Below are positions 37,210-48,080 of a stretch of 64,000 nt of DNA, in pieces. The notes under the pieces were generated by a model. The model was not told the DNA's origin. It searched no databases and worked only from the letters and a program-made list of their open reading frames with translations. The DNA comes from Lama guanicoe (taxonomy: Eukaryota). Where the stretch lies: positions 21,465,520-21,529,519 of the forward strand of contig MU055600.1 in assembly GCA_013239625.1 (NCBI GenBank). Direction: 5' to 3'. Position 1 is the first letter of the stretch; the number at the start of each line of letters is the position of its first letter. The position numbers and the translations under genes were made by a program.

Positions 37210-37668
37210 TGCGCCGGTGCCTGTTGCTTCTGTGACAAGTCACCACGCACCGAGCGGCTTAAAGCGCCGCCCATTTGTTCCCTCCCAGCTCCGGCGGTCA
37301 GAGGCCAACAGCAGTCTCGCTGGGCTGCAGCCAGAGTGTCGGCAGGGCTGCTCCTCTGCAGACCCAGGGAGAACCCTTGACTCGCCTTGTTCAGCTTCTG
37401 GTGGTCCCCTCTGTTCTGCGGCCCCTCCCCCCACCATCACAGCACATCACTCCAGCTTCTGCTCCCCTTGCCCAGTCTCTCCTCCCGTACCTCCCTCCCT
37501 CCTCCCTTCTCCAGGGCCCCTGCTGTGACATCATTCAGCCTCATCTTCCCATCTCAGGGAGCCTACCTTCATCACACCGGCCAAGTCCTTTTGGCCACAC
37601 GGTGTACCAAGCATGAGTTCCAGTGGTTAGGAGGTGGACTATTCGGGGCTGCAATTCAGTTTGCTGCA
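37210..37668 (-). mobile_element. MaLR solo LTR (MLT1C-like)
   Basis: tgtgacaagtcaccac...ggcttaaa...gtgtcggcagggctg...cagcttctggtgg...cccatctcaggga...ttccagtggttaggaggtggac. Confidence 0.85.
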
Positions 37669-39887
37669 CTGATGCCAGAAAGGATGAAAACATGCAGGTT
37701 CCCCAGATTATTTGGGATACTTTCCCCCACAAAGCCTCTCAGACTCTCTCTCCTCGCTTCTTCAGAGGGTGCCACTTTGGGGAACTGGGCCCCCCCCAAC
37801 CCCGTTCGTTGCCACTTCTCTTGCTAATCGGCAGGTTTTGGTAGATGGGTCTCCCGTTGTCTGCTGCAGGTTACAGAGTCCTGCAGGCTCAGTTCAGCCC
37901 CTTTCTCTGCTTGGCAGCCTCCTACGTTCCCAGCCTGTGACGTAGAGAGGACACCTGTCTGTCCGAGCTGAATTGACGGTCACATCACAGGAGGTCACCT
38001 TGAGCATGTTTGCACAGGGCCTGGCCGTGGCTTCCCAGTGAACGGCACGTGCTTTCCTGGCCTACCTTCGCGGGACAGGCAGAACCTAGCACAGGAGGCT
38101 ACCATGGCGGACAGTAAATGCTCTCTGGCTGATGGACGCCAAGTCTCCCGGAAACCCACACCCCCGCTTCCTCCGTCTGCTTTCCCTTCCGCGGCGCTAG
38201 GCGTGCGGGGCGCCCTGTCCTGGGCCTGTGTCTTGTCCTCTCCTGACGCATGCAGTTCCTGGGGGAGGCGGGAGGAGCTGCGTGGCGTGAGTGAGCGAGC
38301 CTGACTCACCACTCGGTAGCTGGGTGGCTTTGGGGATGGTCCTTGTTTGCTTGGGGCTGCGGTTTCCCTGCTTGCTCATAGGAGGCTGGATTAGGGGCCC
38401 CGTGGCCTCTCCCTACCAGGCTCAAGACCTTCCGGCCTGTGACCCTCCCTTCTCCCACCATTCTGCTCCGCCCAGGCCTGGGACCCGTTGGCACTGACTC
38501 AACACTGGGTGAACGGAACCTTGGCGCCCTTTTCCTGCAGTCATTTCCTGTTTTACATTTTAGTGGGCTCTTTAGACCAAACTACCCTTCAAAAACCAAA
38601 AGAAAAAATGGCAAATTGCCCGAACTCAGGACCGGCCACTGGGACACGTTCCTAACTGTCGGGCCTTTCCAGGGACCTCGCATCCCCCATGCAAAGCCGG
38701 TAACTGTGGCAATGACTGTCCCTAGTGAGTCCCGGGTCACAGAGAACAGCAGGTCCCAAGCCCGTGGCGAAGCCCTGATCCCGAGGCCCGTGGCACTGAC
38801 CCGCTCGTGACTGGAAGGTCTGCTTCTTGAGAGGGTGACCGAGGAGGGAGCCAAGCCCTGAAAGCTTTGTCTCCTCCACTCTGCCAGCTCTGGACTCCGG
38901 GATAATTCCAGCCATTAATATTTTAAGCAACTCGTTTGACATTTTCCCATTTAATTAACTTGCATACGTGTGAGAACAGGGTGTGGAGAGTGCCAGGACA
39001 TTTAAAGAAAGCCATTTGGATTTTCCCTTTTCTGGGGGGGGTGGGGGGGAGGGTCGCCACTCTTTCCTTTGCCTTTTTCCTCTTCGCTCCATTTCTGTCC
39101 TGCATTCCTGATCCTGAGGCTCAGCTGCTGAGCTCGGAGGAACAACCGAACCTGCCAAAGCTGATGCCCCACAGCCTCAGCCTGGGTGACGCGGGGGGGC
39201 CCGGAGCGCCGGGCGGCGGCTCTTGTACCCTTGACCCCGGCTGTTCTCCAAGTGTGTGTGCAAGAGGCACTGCCGTCCGCGCAGCCCCACGCCACAGGCT
39301 GACGTGGTCCCACTGCCACGCCAGCCCGGAGGGAGCGAGGGAGGGGCGGCGGGAAGGCAGACCGTCCATCGGATGTGGTTGCGGCCTTCCCCGCCCCGGA
39401 GCTGGGGCTCCGAGGGGAAACAGCAGCTCCGTGACGCTTTTCTCCCGGAGTGACACAGTCGCTGCCACGACGTCCAATGATTAAGGAATAAAGGGATACA
39501 AACAGAGCGCGTTCATTGGCGAGATGCGGTGGGGGCTGGGGAGAGGCTCACTCCATGTTCCCTAGTTGAGAAGTCGCACCCTGATTAGCTCCCACCCAGA
39601 GCATTCACGGGTGCTCTGCGCCATCCCACCCCGGCGCCAGGCCGCAGAACCTGCAGCCCTGGAGTTCCCTGCTGGCGTCCGAAGGGGCTGTGCGGCCTCC
39701 AGGCGCGCCCCTAGCACGAGGCTGCGAGGCTGCGCCGCTGGCCCAGCCTTCAGAGAGGATCCGCTGTCTCGTGCTTCCATCCGCCCTAATTAATCACAGA
39801 CTTCCCCTGCCCATCAGCCGCTCCGCCTGCTCTCCCCAGATGAACCTGGGCGCTCCCGGCTCCAGTTTATCCATGGTGGCCGGCAGC

Positions 39888-39922
39888 CAGCCCAGCCCAG
39901 CCCAGCCCAGCCCAGCCCAGCC
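39888..39922. repeat. (CAGCC)7 pentanucleotide repeat
   Basis: cagcccagcccagcccagcccagcccagcccagcc. Confidence 0.95.
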
Positions 39923-40959
39923 CCGACCCGGGAGCCGCATTCCCAGGATGCAAAATGGCACCCCCCGTCTCAGGCAGCTCATGGGAGAACGAGTCCTGCA
40001 CTTAAAATGAAAATCCCTTGCAAGCCAAGCTCATCGGTCTCTGGAGAAACTTCATGTCTCTGCTTCCACCCACACTCAGGAGAGTCTTTGGAGATTTCTA
40101 ACGGGGCTGGGTTTGTTTTTCGGGAGGCCCCCTCTGGCTGCTGTGAGGACACATCTGCAAAGGGCAGTGATGGTCCCTGGAAGGTGCCCTGGACTCGGTG
40201 TTGAGGAAGAGGATGCAGAGAGTGTGGCAGATGCAAGAGACCGCACCCCCTGGGGCTGGTTTTCGTCTCCCGGGCCGGCCAGCGTGCAGGCTCCCACTGA
40301 CCCACTGGGGTGTCGAACAGGGCTCCGAAAGAGCAGGGAAAACACAAAAGAACTGGGCAAGGTAGCTGGCTGTGCAGGGTAATGCCAGACATGACCACCT
40401 GGGCCAGGAGCCGGGAGCCTGTTTCCTTGCTGGACCTTTGGCCTCCTGGCCCGGGTCAGCAGCAGACCCTCTGTAAGCCCCACTGTCACTGGTGTGCGAG
40501 GTGTTAACTCTCAGCCAGGCCGGGTCCCGCTGGTCCCGGGGCAGGTGGCCCGCGGGCAGATGGGAGGGGTGGACAATGTGCACGGAGCGTGACCACCCCC
40601 AGAGCACAGGCTCCAAGCTGTCCCACTGAGCCCTCCCGGCTGGGCTGGGAGGACGGAGATACTGGTGACCCCCCTGTACAAAGGGACAGACTCGTTTCTC
40701 CTGTGACTTGCCCAAGGTCACCCTGTTGGCGGCAGCCCCAGGGCTGAACACAAGCCTTCTGTCCATGCTGGTGCAGCACAGTGGAGCGTCCCACCAGCAG
40801 GACTGTCCAGACTTACGTGAAGGCCAAAAGATGAGACAGGATCTGCCTGGGTCTCTGCAGTCCGTGCTTCCTGCCAACATGGCGGTGGCCTCCCTGAACC
40901 GGACACTGCCCCATCCCATGAGGCACAGTGGTCCCACAGGGCAACACCTTTGGATGGGT

Positions 40960-41100
40960 CATTGGCTTACCAACCTGGCTTACCAACCTGGCAGCCTTTA
41001 AACGTCCACTATTCTGGGCTACCCCAGATATACTGAAGCAGAGTGGATAGGGATCCGGCGGCTGTGTTTTTAAAGTCTAACCAGGTCCTCAGTGGATGTA
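40960..41100. mobile_element. MER5-type MITE with an internal 13-bp tandem duplication
   Basis: (tggcttaccaacc)x2 at 40963-40988, then ctgggctacccccagatatactgaagcaga...ctgtgtttttaaagtc. Confidence 0.65.
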
Positions 41101-42134
41101 TGGGGAGCTCGGGGGGGAAGTGCTGTCAGGCCATGAGTTAGCGGCAGAGTCGGGAGAGGAGGGCGGGTCCTGCCTTTCCCAGCCTTCTCTTCCGCGGGAC
41201 TGTACCGATGCTCTGCAAGGGGTTGTGGGAAAGTCCACCCTTACGGACGGTCTGGAAATGTCGGGGCTGGGCAGGAGCTTCAAGGGTGCCTTCCCAGCCC
41301 AGTGGTTCCCGGCCGCCCGCCGGACCAGCCATGTCAGTCGTGCGGGTGCTTGTTGCAACCCGGGTTCCGGGCCTCCCACTGTACCTACTGCGTCAGCGCT
41401 GGGGAGGTGCAGCCTTGGACCCTCTGCTGTCAAAGTGTCTCTGGTGAGTCTGAGCTCAGCCATGTCGGGAAACCCATGAATCCAGCCCTAACCGTTTTAC
41501 GAATCCAGTCCCCCAAGAGAAGCGATTGGCCTAAGCTCACCTGGCTTAGCAGCCAAGGTTCCGGCTCAGCCTAGAGCGCTTTCCTCTGCCCAGCACTCAT
41601 CCGGAAGCCCAGCCGCGCGGAGGGGCGGGGGGAGGCGGTCAGCCCGCGGCAGCAGGAGGGCCCGTGACGCGGAGAGCAGCCCCCACTCAGCTGCTTGTGG
41701 CAGGTTTCTCTGCCCTGGTTATCGATGCCTCTTCTCTTCCTGGTACCTCCGCTTGCCCATCCTGATGCAATCAGTTACTCACAGGAATAAATTATGCACA
41801 CAGCCTGCAGTCTATTAGGTAATCGGTGGTGTGGTGCACTGGCCCAGGAGCCAGCTGGCAAGACAGGCTGTCTGGAGTGAAGGCCAGCAGAAGGGACAGT
41901 GCAGGCCCGGTGGGTGGAAGCGTCTCCAAGTGGGAGAGCCCCAACCCTCCAAGCAGGGAAACTCTGGGTCCCCAGAGACGAACTTTCAGGCCAAACTTGA
42001 AAACAACTTAAGAACCACAACGGCCCTGCTCTGGCTGCAGTTCGCGGGCCAGCCACCTCCCCAGCGCCCCCACTTCCCACACCCCCTGTCCCTGCAGAAG
42101 GCCTGTCTCTGATCCAGCTGGACCTGGAGCCTGC

Positions 42135-42270
42135 CTCTCAGACCTCAGTCTGCCTGGGGGTCACCAGGGATGCTGTCGAAATGGAGGTTCTGATTCAAGG
42201 GGAGGCTGAAGTTCTGCGTGTCTGACAAACTCCCAGATGACACCGATGCTGCTGATCTGAGCAATGAGGG
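42135..42270. mobile_element. MER5A-type MITE
   Basis: tcaccagggatgctgtcgaaatggaggttctgattca...tctgcgtgtctgacaaactcccagatgacaccgatgctgctg. Confidence 0.75.
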
Positions 42271-43664
42271 CCGAGAGGCCGGCGTGGGCAGAGCTGGCCA
42301 TTCAGCCAGCTCCGTTTACTGGTTTCCAGGGCAGCCCCTTTGCAGGTGCTGTCCCCTCTACCCACAATGCCCTCTCCGCTCACATTTGCTTAGAAACTCC
42401 TGCTGGCCATTCACACTCAGGCTCGGGCAGCGTCTGCTCCCTAAGATCTTCACTGACCCCCTTCTGACCTAAGTAGACTCAAGGGAGGTGATACCTGCCC
42501 TGTGCCCTGATCAGACTCCATTACATCAGTGCCCACTCTTCTGTGACAGTGGTCTCCTCATCTCTCCATCCCCATGCCGGATAGGGCTCTGCAAGCCACA
42601 AGGCACAGTTGGTCCTGAGAGATTTTCAAACATCTCTGAAACAGTCTGAGACCCGAAAGCAAAATGATTGGGTCCAAGATGTGAAGGGAAAACTTTGCAA
42701 TAGAAATTAATAAAATTTCAATGAAACATCTACCAAACAAAATATTACATCAACCTCATTAATGGTTTCATGGAGTATTCATAAAAATTCATAAAAATTT
42801 CATTATATTTGAAAACACTGTGTAGGTTAGATTTTCTCACTTTGCAAGAATTCTTGAGTGCCCTGATAATTGCTGAGAAGTCAAAGCCAACTGTCAATCG
42901 AAGGGATGACTTGTAGCCAAATAATTTCAAAGGCAAGGTTATAAAAATAATTTTTCAACAGAGAAAAATATACTTAATGTGGAATACGAGTGAAATTCAG
43001 TATGTCTGACATGCATGGGGTGGAGCTTCCAGAGCCAGCATTTCTAGGTCTTAATGGCCTAGAAGCAATCTTGGTGTCTGGCTCAGGAGAGGCAGGCAAG
43101 AGGCTTCACCGGAATGAGTGGACAAATAGATGGGCAACCAAAGTGAATCTGAAAAGTGCAAAGGTGGGAGGAAGGCAAGAAAAACAGGAGGGACATATAA
43201 AATGTAGGCCAAAGTTTTAGGACAACACAGAGGAAGTCCTTGTTAGCAAGAAACCCAGCTGGCTGGCGGAGACACGCAGTATCGCCCCCACTGGCTGGGG
43301 GGGTCCTGGGTTCTCCACCGACTCTGGCCTCGTTGACCTGTCATTGCTACTTCTCCAGTGCCAGGAACATCAGAGCCCCTCGGCATTGCCTCAGAGAAAG
43401 AAACCAGTGGTCCCTGAGGATCGAGGCTCTGCCTCTCCTCTGGGAAGGGGGCTCGAGGGGAGCTCTGTAACCGACTCTGCGTCAGACATCCTGCACTGGA
43501 CCCAAATTCATCTTGAACCAATTTCTACCTTCCTCCTGAACCACCTCTTGGTTAACATGTTCCATATGTTTCTTCCTCTGAAGGAAAGTAACCTTTAGTT
43601 TTATTTCAAAGGGTATCGTTGAAAAGTCTGAGGGGACAGGACTTTGTTTGAAGACAAGAAGATT

Positions 43665-43835
43665 TGGGGAGTTCTTCCAAGGAAACAGAGATAAGCAGAA
43701 AGATTTATATGCAAGATGTCCACTGCAGCATTATTTACAAGATTGGAAGGTTAGGAGCAGCCTGAACGCCCCGCACAAGGGGTCCGTTAGCTGCGCGGTG
43801 ATCTACCCACACAAGGACAACGACACAGCCAGTAA
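43665..43835 (+). mobile_element. Old L1ME 3' fragment
   Basis: aaagatttatatgcaagatgtccactgcagcattatttacaa...ggagcagcctgaacgcc. Confidence 0.75.
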
Positions 43836-44419
43836 ATCTGCTTCTGAAGGTTACATCCAGCAATAGCCAGCCTCTAGTGAGCCCTCCCTGGTGCCAGGCG
43901 CTGGCGTCCGTGATTTGCATCAACTCCTCGCAGCGGCGCTGTGAGAAGAGCGCCGTTTGTAGTACCTCCGCTTGACACACCGGGAGACTGAGGCACAGAC
44001 AAGCCCGGGTCCCGCAGGTGGGGCTGTGCCTGACCTGGCACCTCAGGCTCCCTGCCGCACACTGCAGGACGCCGCCTCCCTCTAGCAGACCGAGCCTGGG
44101 GAGCAGGGGAGGGAGGGGCGAGCCCCTTCCCAGGTCCGCAGCGAGCCAGAGCGAAGAAGGTGGGTCTGAGCTGCACCCGGGCAAGGACGAGGGCCTGGCC
44201 AGGCTGCCCTCGCAAGGAGTGATTACAGAGCAGGAAAGAACCCAAGTGAGACCCCAGAGCAGGGAGCCCTGGGGAGGCAGGGTGACCAGCACATCGGATG
44301 CATTGTAATTGTCCACTGAAAACGAACAAATGAACCCCGGGACAGGGCAAGGCCCCACTGCGCGCCCACGCGGGGACAGGGATCACTGGGGCGAGTAACA
44401 TGGATGAGTCCACCCAGAC

Positions 44420-44605
44420 ACCACGCTGAGGGCTCTCTCCAGGAGTCCCGTTCAATCCTGCGGCTGCAACATCTCTTTGGGCTAGCATCGTTCCCATTCC
44501 ACCGGTGAGAAAACTGAGGCTTGGCAAGGGTGAGTAAATTACTGGTAAATAACAGTGGCTGGAATTGAACCAGGTGGAGCGGAGGCCAGGGGCCACATGC
44601 TTAAC
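44420..44605 (-). mobile_element. MIR SINE
   Basis: ttcaatcctgcggctgcaac...cccattccaccggtgagaaaactgaggcttggcaagggtgagtaaatt...gctggaattgaaccagg. Confidence 0.75.
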
Positions 44606-47359
44606 TGCTTTGCGACATCCTCTCTCCTGGGAGGTGGGCGGCCAGCGCAGGAGTGGGAGCCCGTGTGCACCCCAGCAGCCCATGCTGTTTTCTGTTCCGC
44701 CAGCTACAGCTGGCCTCCCTTCCCATTCAGGGAAACCGTTCTGTATGAAAAAGATTGCAGGGCCTCCTGGGTTTACGTGAAGCCCCAGGAAGCCCAGCTT
44801 CTGGGGACACGTGAGAGGGGAAAGGGGGAAGCACACTCGTATCTGGAAGAAACAACCGAATGGTTTCTGGTCCCTCAAGCTGGTGCAGCGTGAAGCCCAG
44901 GGGAGTCCGAAACAAAGGGACTCTGCAGGCCCCCCCAAAAGTCCCAGGCCCCTCCTCAGCCCCAGGCTGCTGGCCCCTCCCCGGTTAGCCCCCCTTCCTC
45001 CGAGAGCTGCCGCCTCACACCCGTCCCTGGACCCTGGACCTGCTGTCCAGGCTGGCAGCGGAAGGGCCCAGCCCCCAGCCCTGACTCACCAGCCCAAAGA
45101 CCCCCCCCCCAGGCTCCTTCTGACCTTACTGACCTCAAGGGCAAACAGGCAGGCTTTTCTGAGTCTTGGTTTCTCTGACTCTGTCTTCCTTCCTGAAGAG
45201 CTGATTCGAGGTCCCTGGGGATTCTGGCTTCTCTGCATCTGGAGGGCAGCCTCCCCCAGATGGCCTTTGACCAACCCGATCCCCAGGGGAGGGGGCTACA
45301 GAGAACGGACCACCTTTGGGGGCCGATCCAGTGCCAGTACCCCTCCCCTCAGAACCACCACCAACACACCCATGGGCTGGGCTCTGGGGCCGTGCTGTCC
45401 AGGAGACAGCCCCTTTCGTGGCCACAGAACTGATGGGAGCACAGGGGCCCTGGCTGGGGGCCCCCGTCTGCTGCTGCGGGGGGGGGGGTAGTCAGCCCAT
45501 CAGGCACTCCCCCAAGAGATTAGAAGCCAGGCTCTCCCCTTGGCCTCTGGGCGACACCGGGTGGTGGGAAGCAGGAACCAGGGCAGCTGTGCGCTCCTGC
45601 TGGGGAAGTTCCTGATTCTAGTTCCCCAGGAGGGGCTGAATTTTTCACCCTTGGGTTTTGTGAAACTCCTCCCCCGAGGTCATCACTTCGCCTGAGCAAA
45701 CGGCTGTCTGTCCTTGGCAGCCAAGCGGCCCCGGCTGGACGCCAGGGCCCAAGGGGGCCTTCCCCGCAGGGGGCTGCTCTGAAGACCCCGCCCTGCAGGG
45801 GCTTCTTCTCCGTGCGAGGGGGCCTGTGTGGGGAGGGGTCCCTGCGCCTGCTCTGGGCTCGCTGCGTGGCGGCCCCCCTCGGACATGCTGGCATCTGGGG
45901 CTTCTGCGACCTGCCTGCCCTTGGCCTATCAGGTGGCAGAGCCTGATCGACCCTTTCCCTTGGTGGTGCAGCTCTTAAATGCGCCCCTGCACGTGGCAGT
46001 AGGCGGCAGAGAACACCTTAACTGCCTTCTGTATTTGCGCTGATAGCTACAAAGCACGTTTGTATACATTGATATAGTTTCCATAATAATCATGGGGGGC
46101 ATTATTTTTCACTTTGCGTATGGAGGAGCCACTGGAATCAGCCCCTGTTCCCAGCCTGACCTGGTAGCTGCCTGCCCCACAGCACGTGCCCACACCTGAG
46201 GTCAGAGCCCAGCTGCCCACACACGTCCACACACAGGCTTCAACCACGTGCTGCTGGATCTGCTACAGGCGTTTGTCCGCTCACGGTCCACGCACGTCCT
46301 GGTTACATGTGCTTCCAGATACGCGGAGTCCTCGGCTAAGATGTGATCGTTTTCTCCCAAGATCGACGGCCCCAGTTGGACAGCTCAGCACCCTCCACCT
46401 TGTAAACCTGTCCTGTGGTTCCTTCCCCTCCCCTGGTCCCCACCTTCCGCCGTAAAGAAGGCAGCACACCTTCTGAGTTGTGTGCGCCGGGCAAGCTGCC
46501 AGCCCCCCACAGCTAACCAGGACCACATCCTGTGTCGCTCTGCCTCTTAGTCAGGCCTCCGCAGCCCGGCTCAGGCTGCCTCCCCCGCCCTCTGGTTCCC
46601 ACATCCATACAGCCGAGCCACGCTGACCAGTAGCACGGGGCTCCTCTCCCGACGCCTGCTCCAGAGAAGACCTCCAGAGAGGTGCTGACAGGGTCCCGGG
46701 AGGGCCAAGCTTTGCCAGGGTCAGTCCCAGGGCCAGGGAGGCCTGGCAGACCAGCAAAGGGTAGAGGCCCAGAGGAGCACAGACTCCCCTGCGATGGCTT
46801 GGGGGACCCTCCCTCGGACCAGCCTAGCTTCTCCCCCAGCGCACACTGAACCAGCAAACAGCAATGCCCAGAGCACCCAAGCACGCCCAGTCCCACCCTC
46901 TTCCTGCAGCTTGTCTTGGAGCTGGCCGACCTCCGTGTTACCCTTCCCAGATGGCGAAGGGATAACATGGCAAGTCCGGAAGCTGCCACCCCACCTGAGC
47001 TTCCAGCCCTCCCTGCACCTCTGAGGCTAAGCTTCAGTTAGCTGTCTCTTCTTTCAAGAAAGAAACCAGGGCCACGGCCAGCAGAGGGGGAGGGAAGGCC
47101 GGCTGGGGCCTGGGTGTGAAGCCTGCCTTTGCCACCAAGTCGCTGTGCTTCCACGGGCAAGCGGCCCCATCCCTCTGGGCCGCAGGTGCCCCGCCTCCTG
47201 GCGAGGGCGAGGGCTGCGTTGAGCCGTCAATTTCCTCTTCGCTTCTGGTCCCCACAATAACATAAACCACAGCTCTGGGTTAGGAATCAAGCTCAGGGCC
47301 CAGACAGCAAAGGTTCCTCCCTTTCTGCAAAAGTAACAAAACACTGAAGCAGCAAGTTT

Positions 47360-47575
47360 CCTGCTTAGCGAGCGCCTACTCCGTGCCCGGCGCCCACTCT
47401 AGGCACGTGACCTTCACAGCCTCACACCATCTTTACAGCAAGGTGAAGGGGTGGGTGTTACCGTCACTCCCATTTTAAAGCTTTCCAGCAAAGCTCAGAG
47501 AAGTTCCGTGTGTTCTTCACGGACAGACACAGCTGGAAAGGGGCTGAAAATGCCGCAGTGCAGAGCTAGGACGTC
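47360..47575 (-). mobile_element. MIR SINE
   Basis: gagcgcctactccgtgcccggcgcccactctaggcac...cccattttaaag...gctcagagaagtt. Confidence 0.7.
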
Positions 47576-47739
47576 CTGGAAGGCCATTGTTTCTTGTGTC
47601 AGTCTGACCAGCTCAGTTTTCCCTTCCCCATGGAACCCTTATAAAGTTTGATCACACCCTTGGACGCAAGGAAAAGGAATATTTTAATTTAAAATTGGAG
47701 GTTTTACAGGCCCCCGTCTATTACTGTCATCCAACATTT

Positions 47740-48080
47740 TAAAATAAAGAAAAATAGAATAATGTGGCTGAAAATATTCTTAACTGCTTAGAAATTAAGA
47801 AACATTCTTATAGATAACCCGTGGGGCGAAAGAAATATTAAAACTGAAGTTACAAATCATCGAGAGGAAGATGGAAAAGGGGACCATTTTCTTTCCAAAT
47901 CTGTGGGATCCGGAAGAAAGCTCAGCTCAGGGGCAAAGGCACGGCCCTGAGACGCCTTCCTGACGAGAGAAAACTGCAAATGAAGGAGCCGAAGACACAT
48001 CACTGGAAATGAGGAAACAGGGCAGGAAGCGGGCATTAGTCAATAGCTGAAATAACGCAGGGAACAAGCCAAGTGAAGTG
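47740..48080 (+). mobile_element. Ancient L1 ORF2 internal fragment (L1M5-like), decayed
   Basis: gaaattaagaaacattcttatagataacccgtggggc...caaatctgtgggat...ctcaggggcaaa resembles the L1 ORF2 region after the endonuclease domain (KLNNTLLNNPWVK...QNLWD...LRGK). Confidence 0.7.

Noticed and set aside
43874-44938. Longest ORF (354 aa, minus strand)
   Set aside because: It overlaps MIR remnants, is rich in Pro/Gly/Ala/Arg/Cys and has no recognisable domain. Such ORFs are expected in stop-poor, GC-rich DNA.
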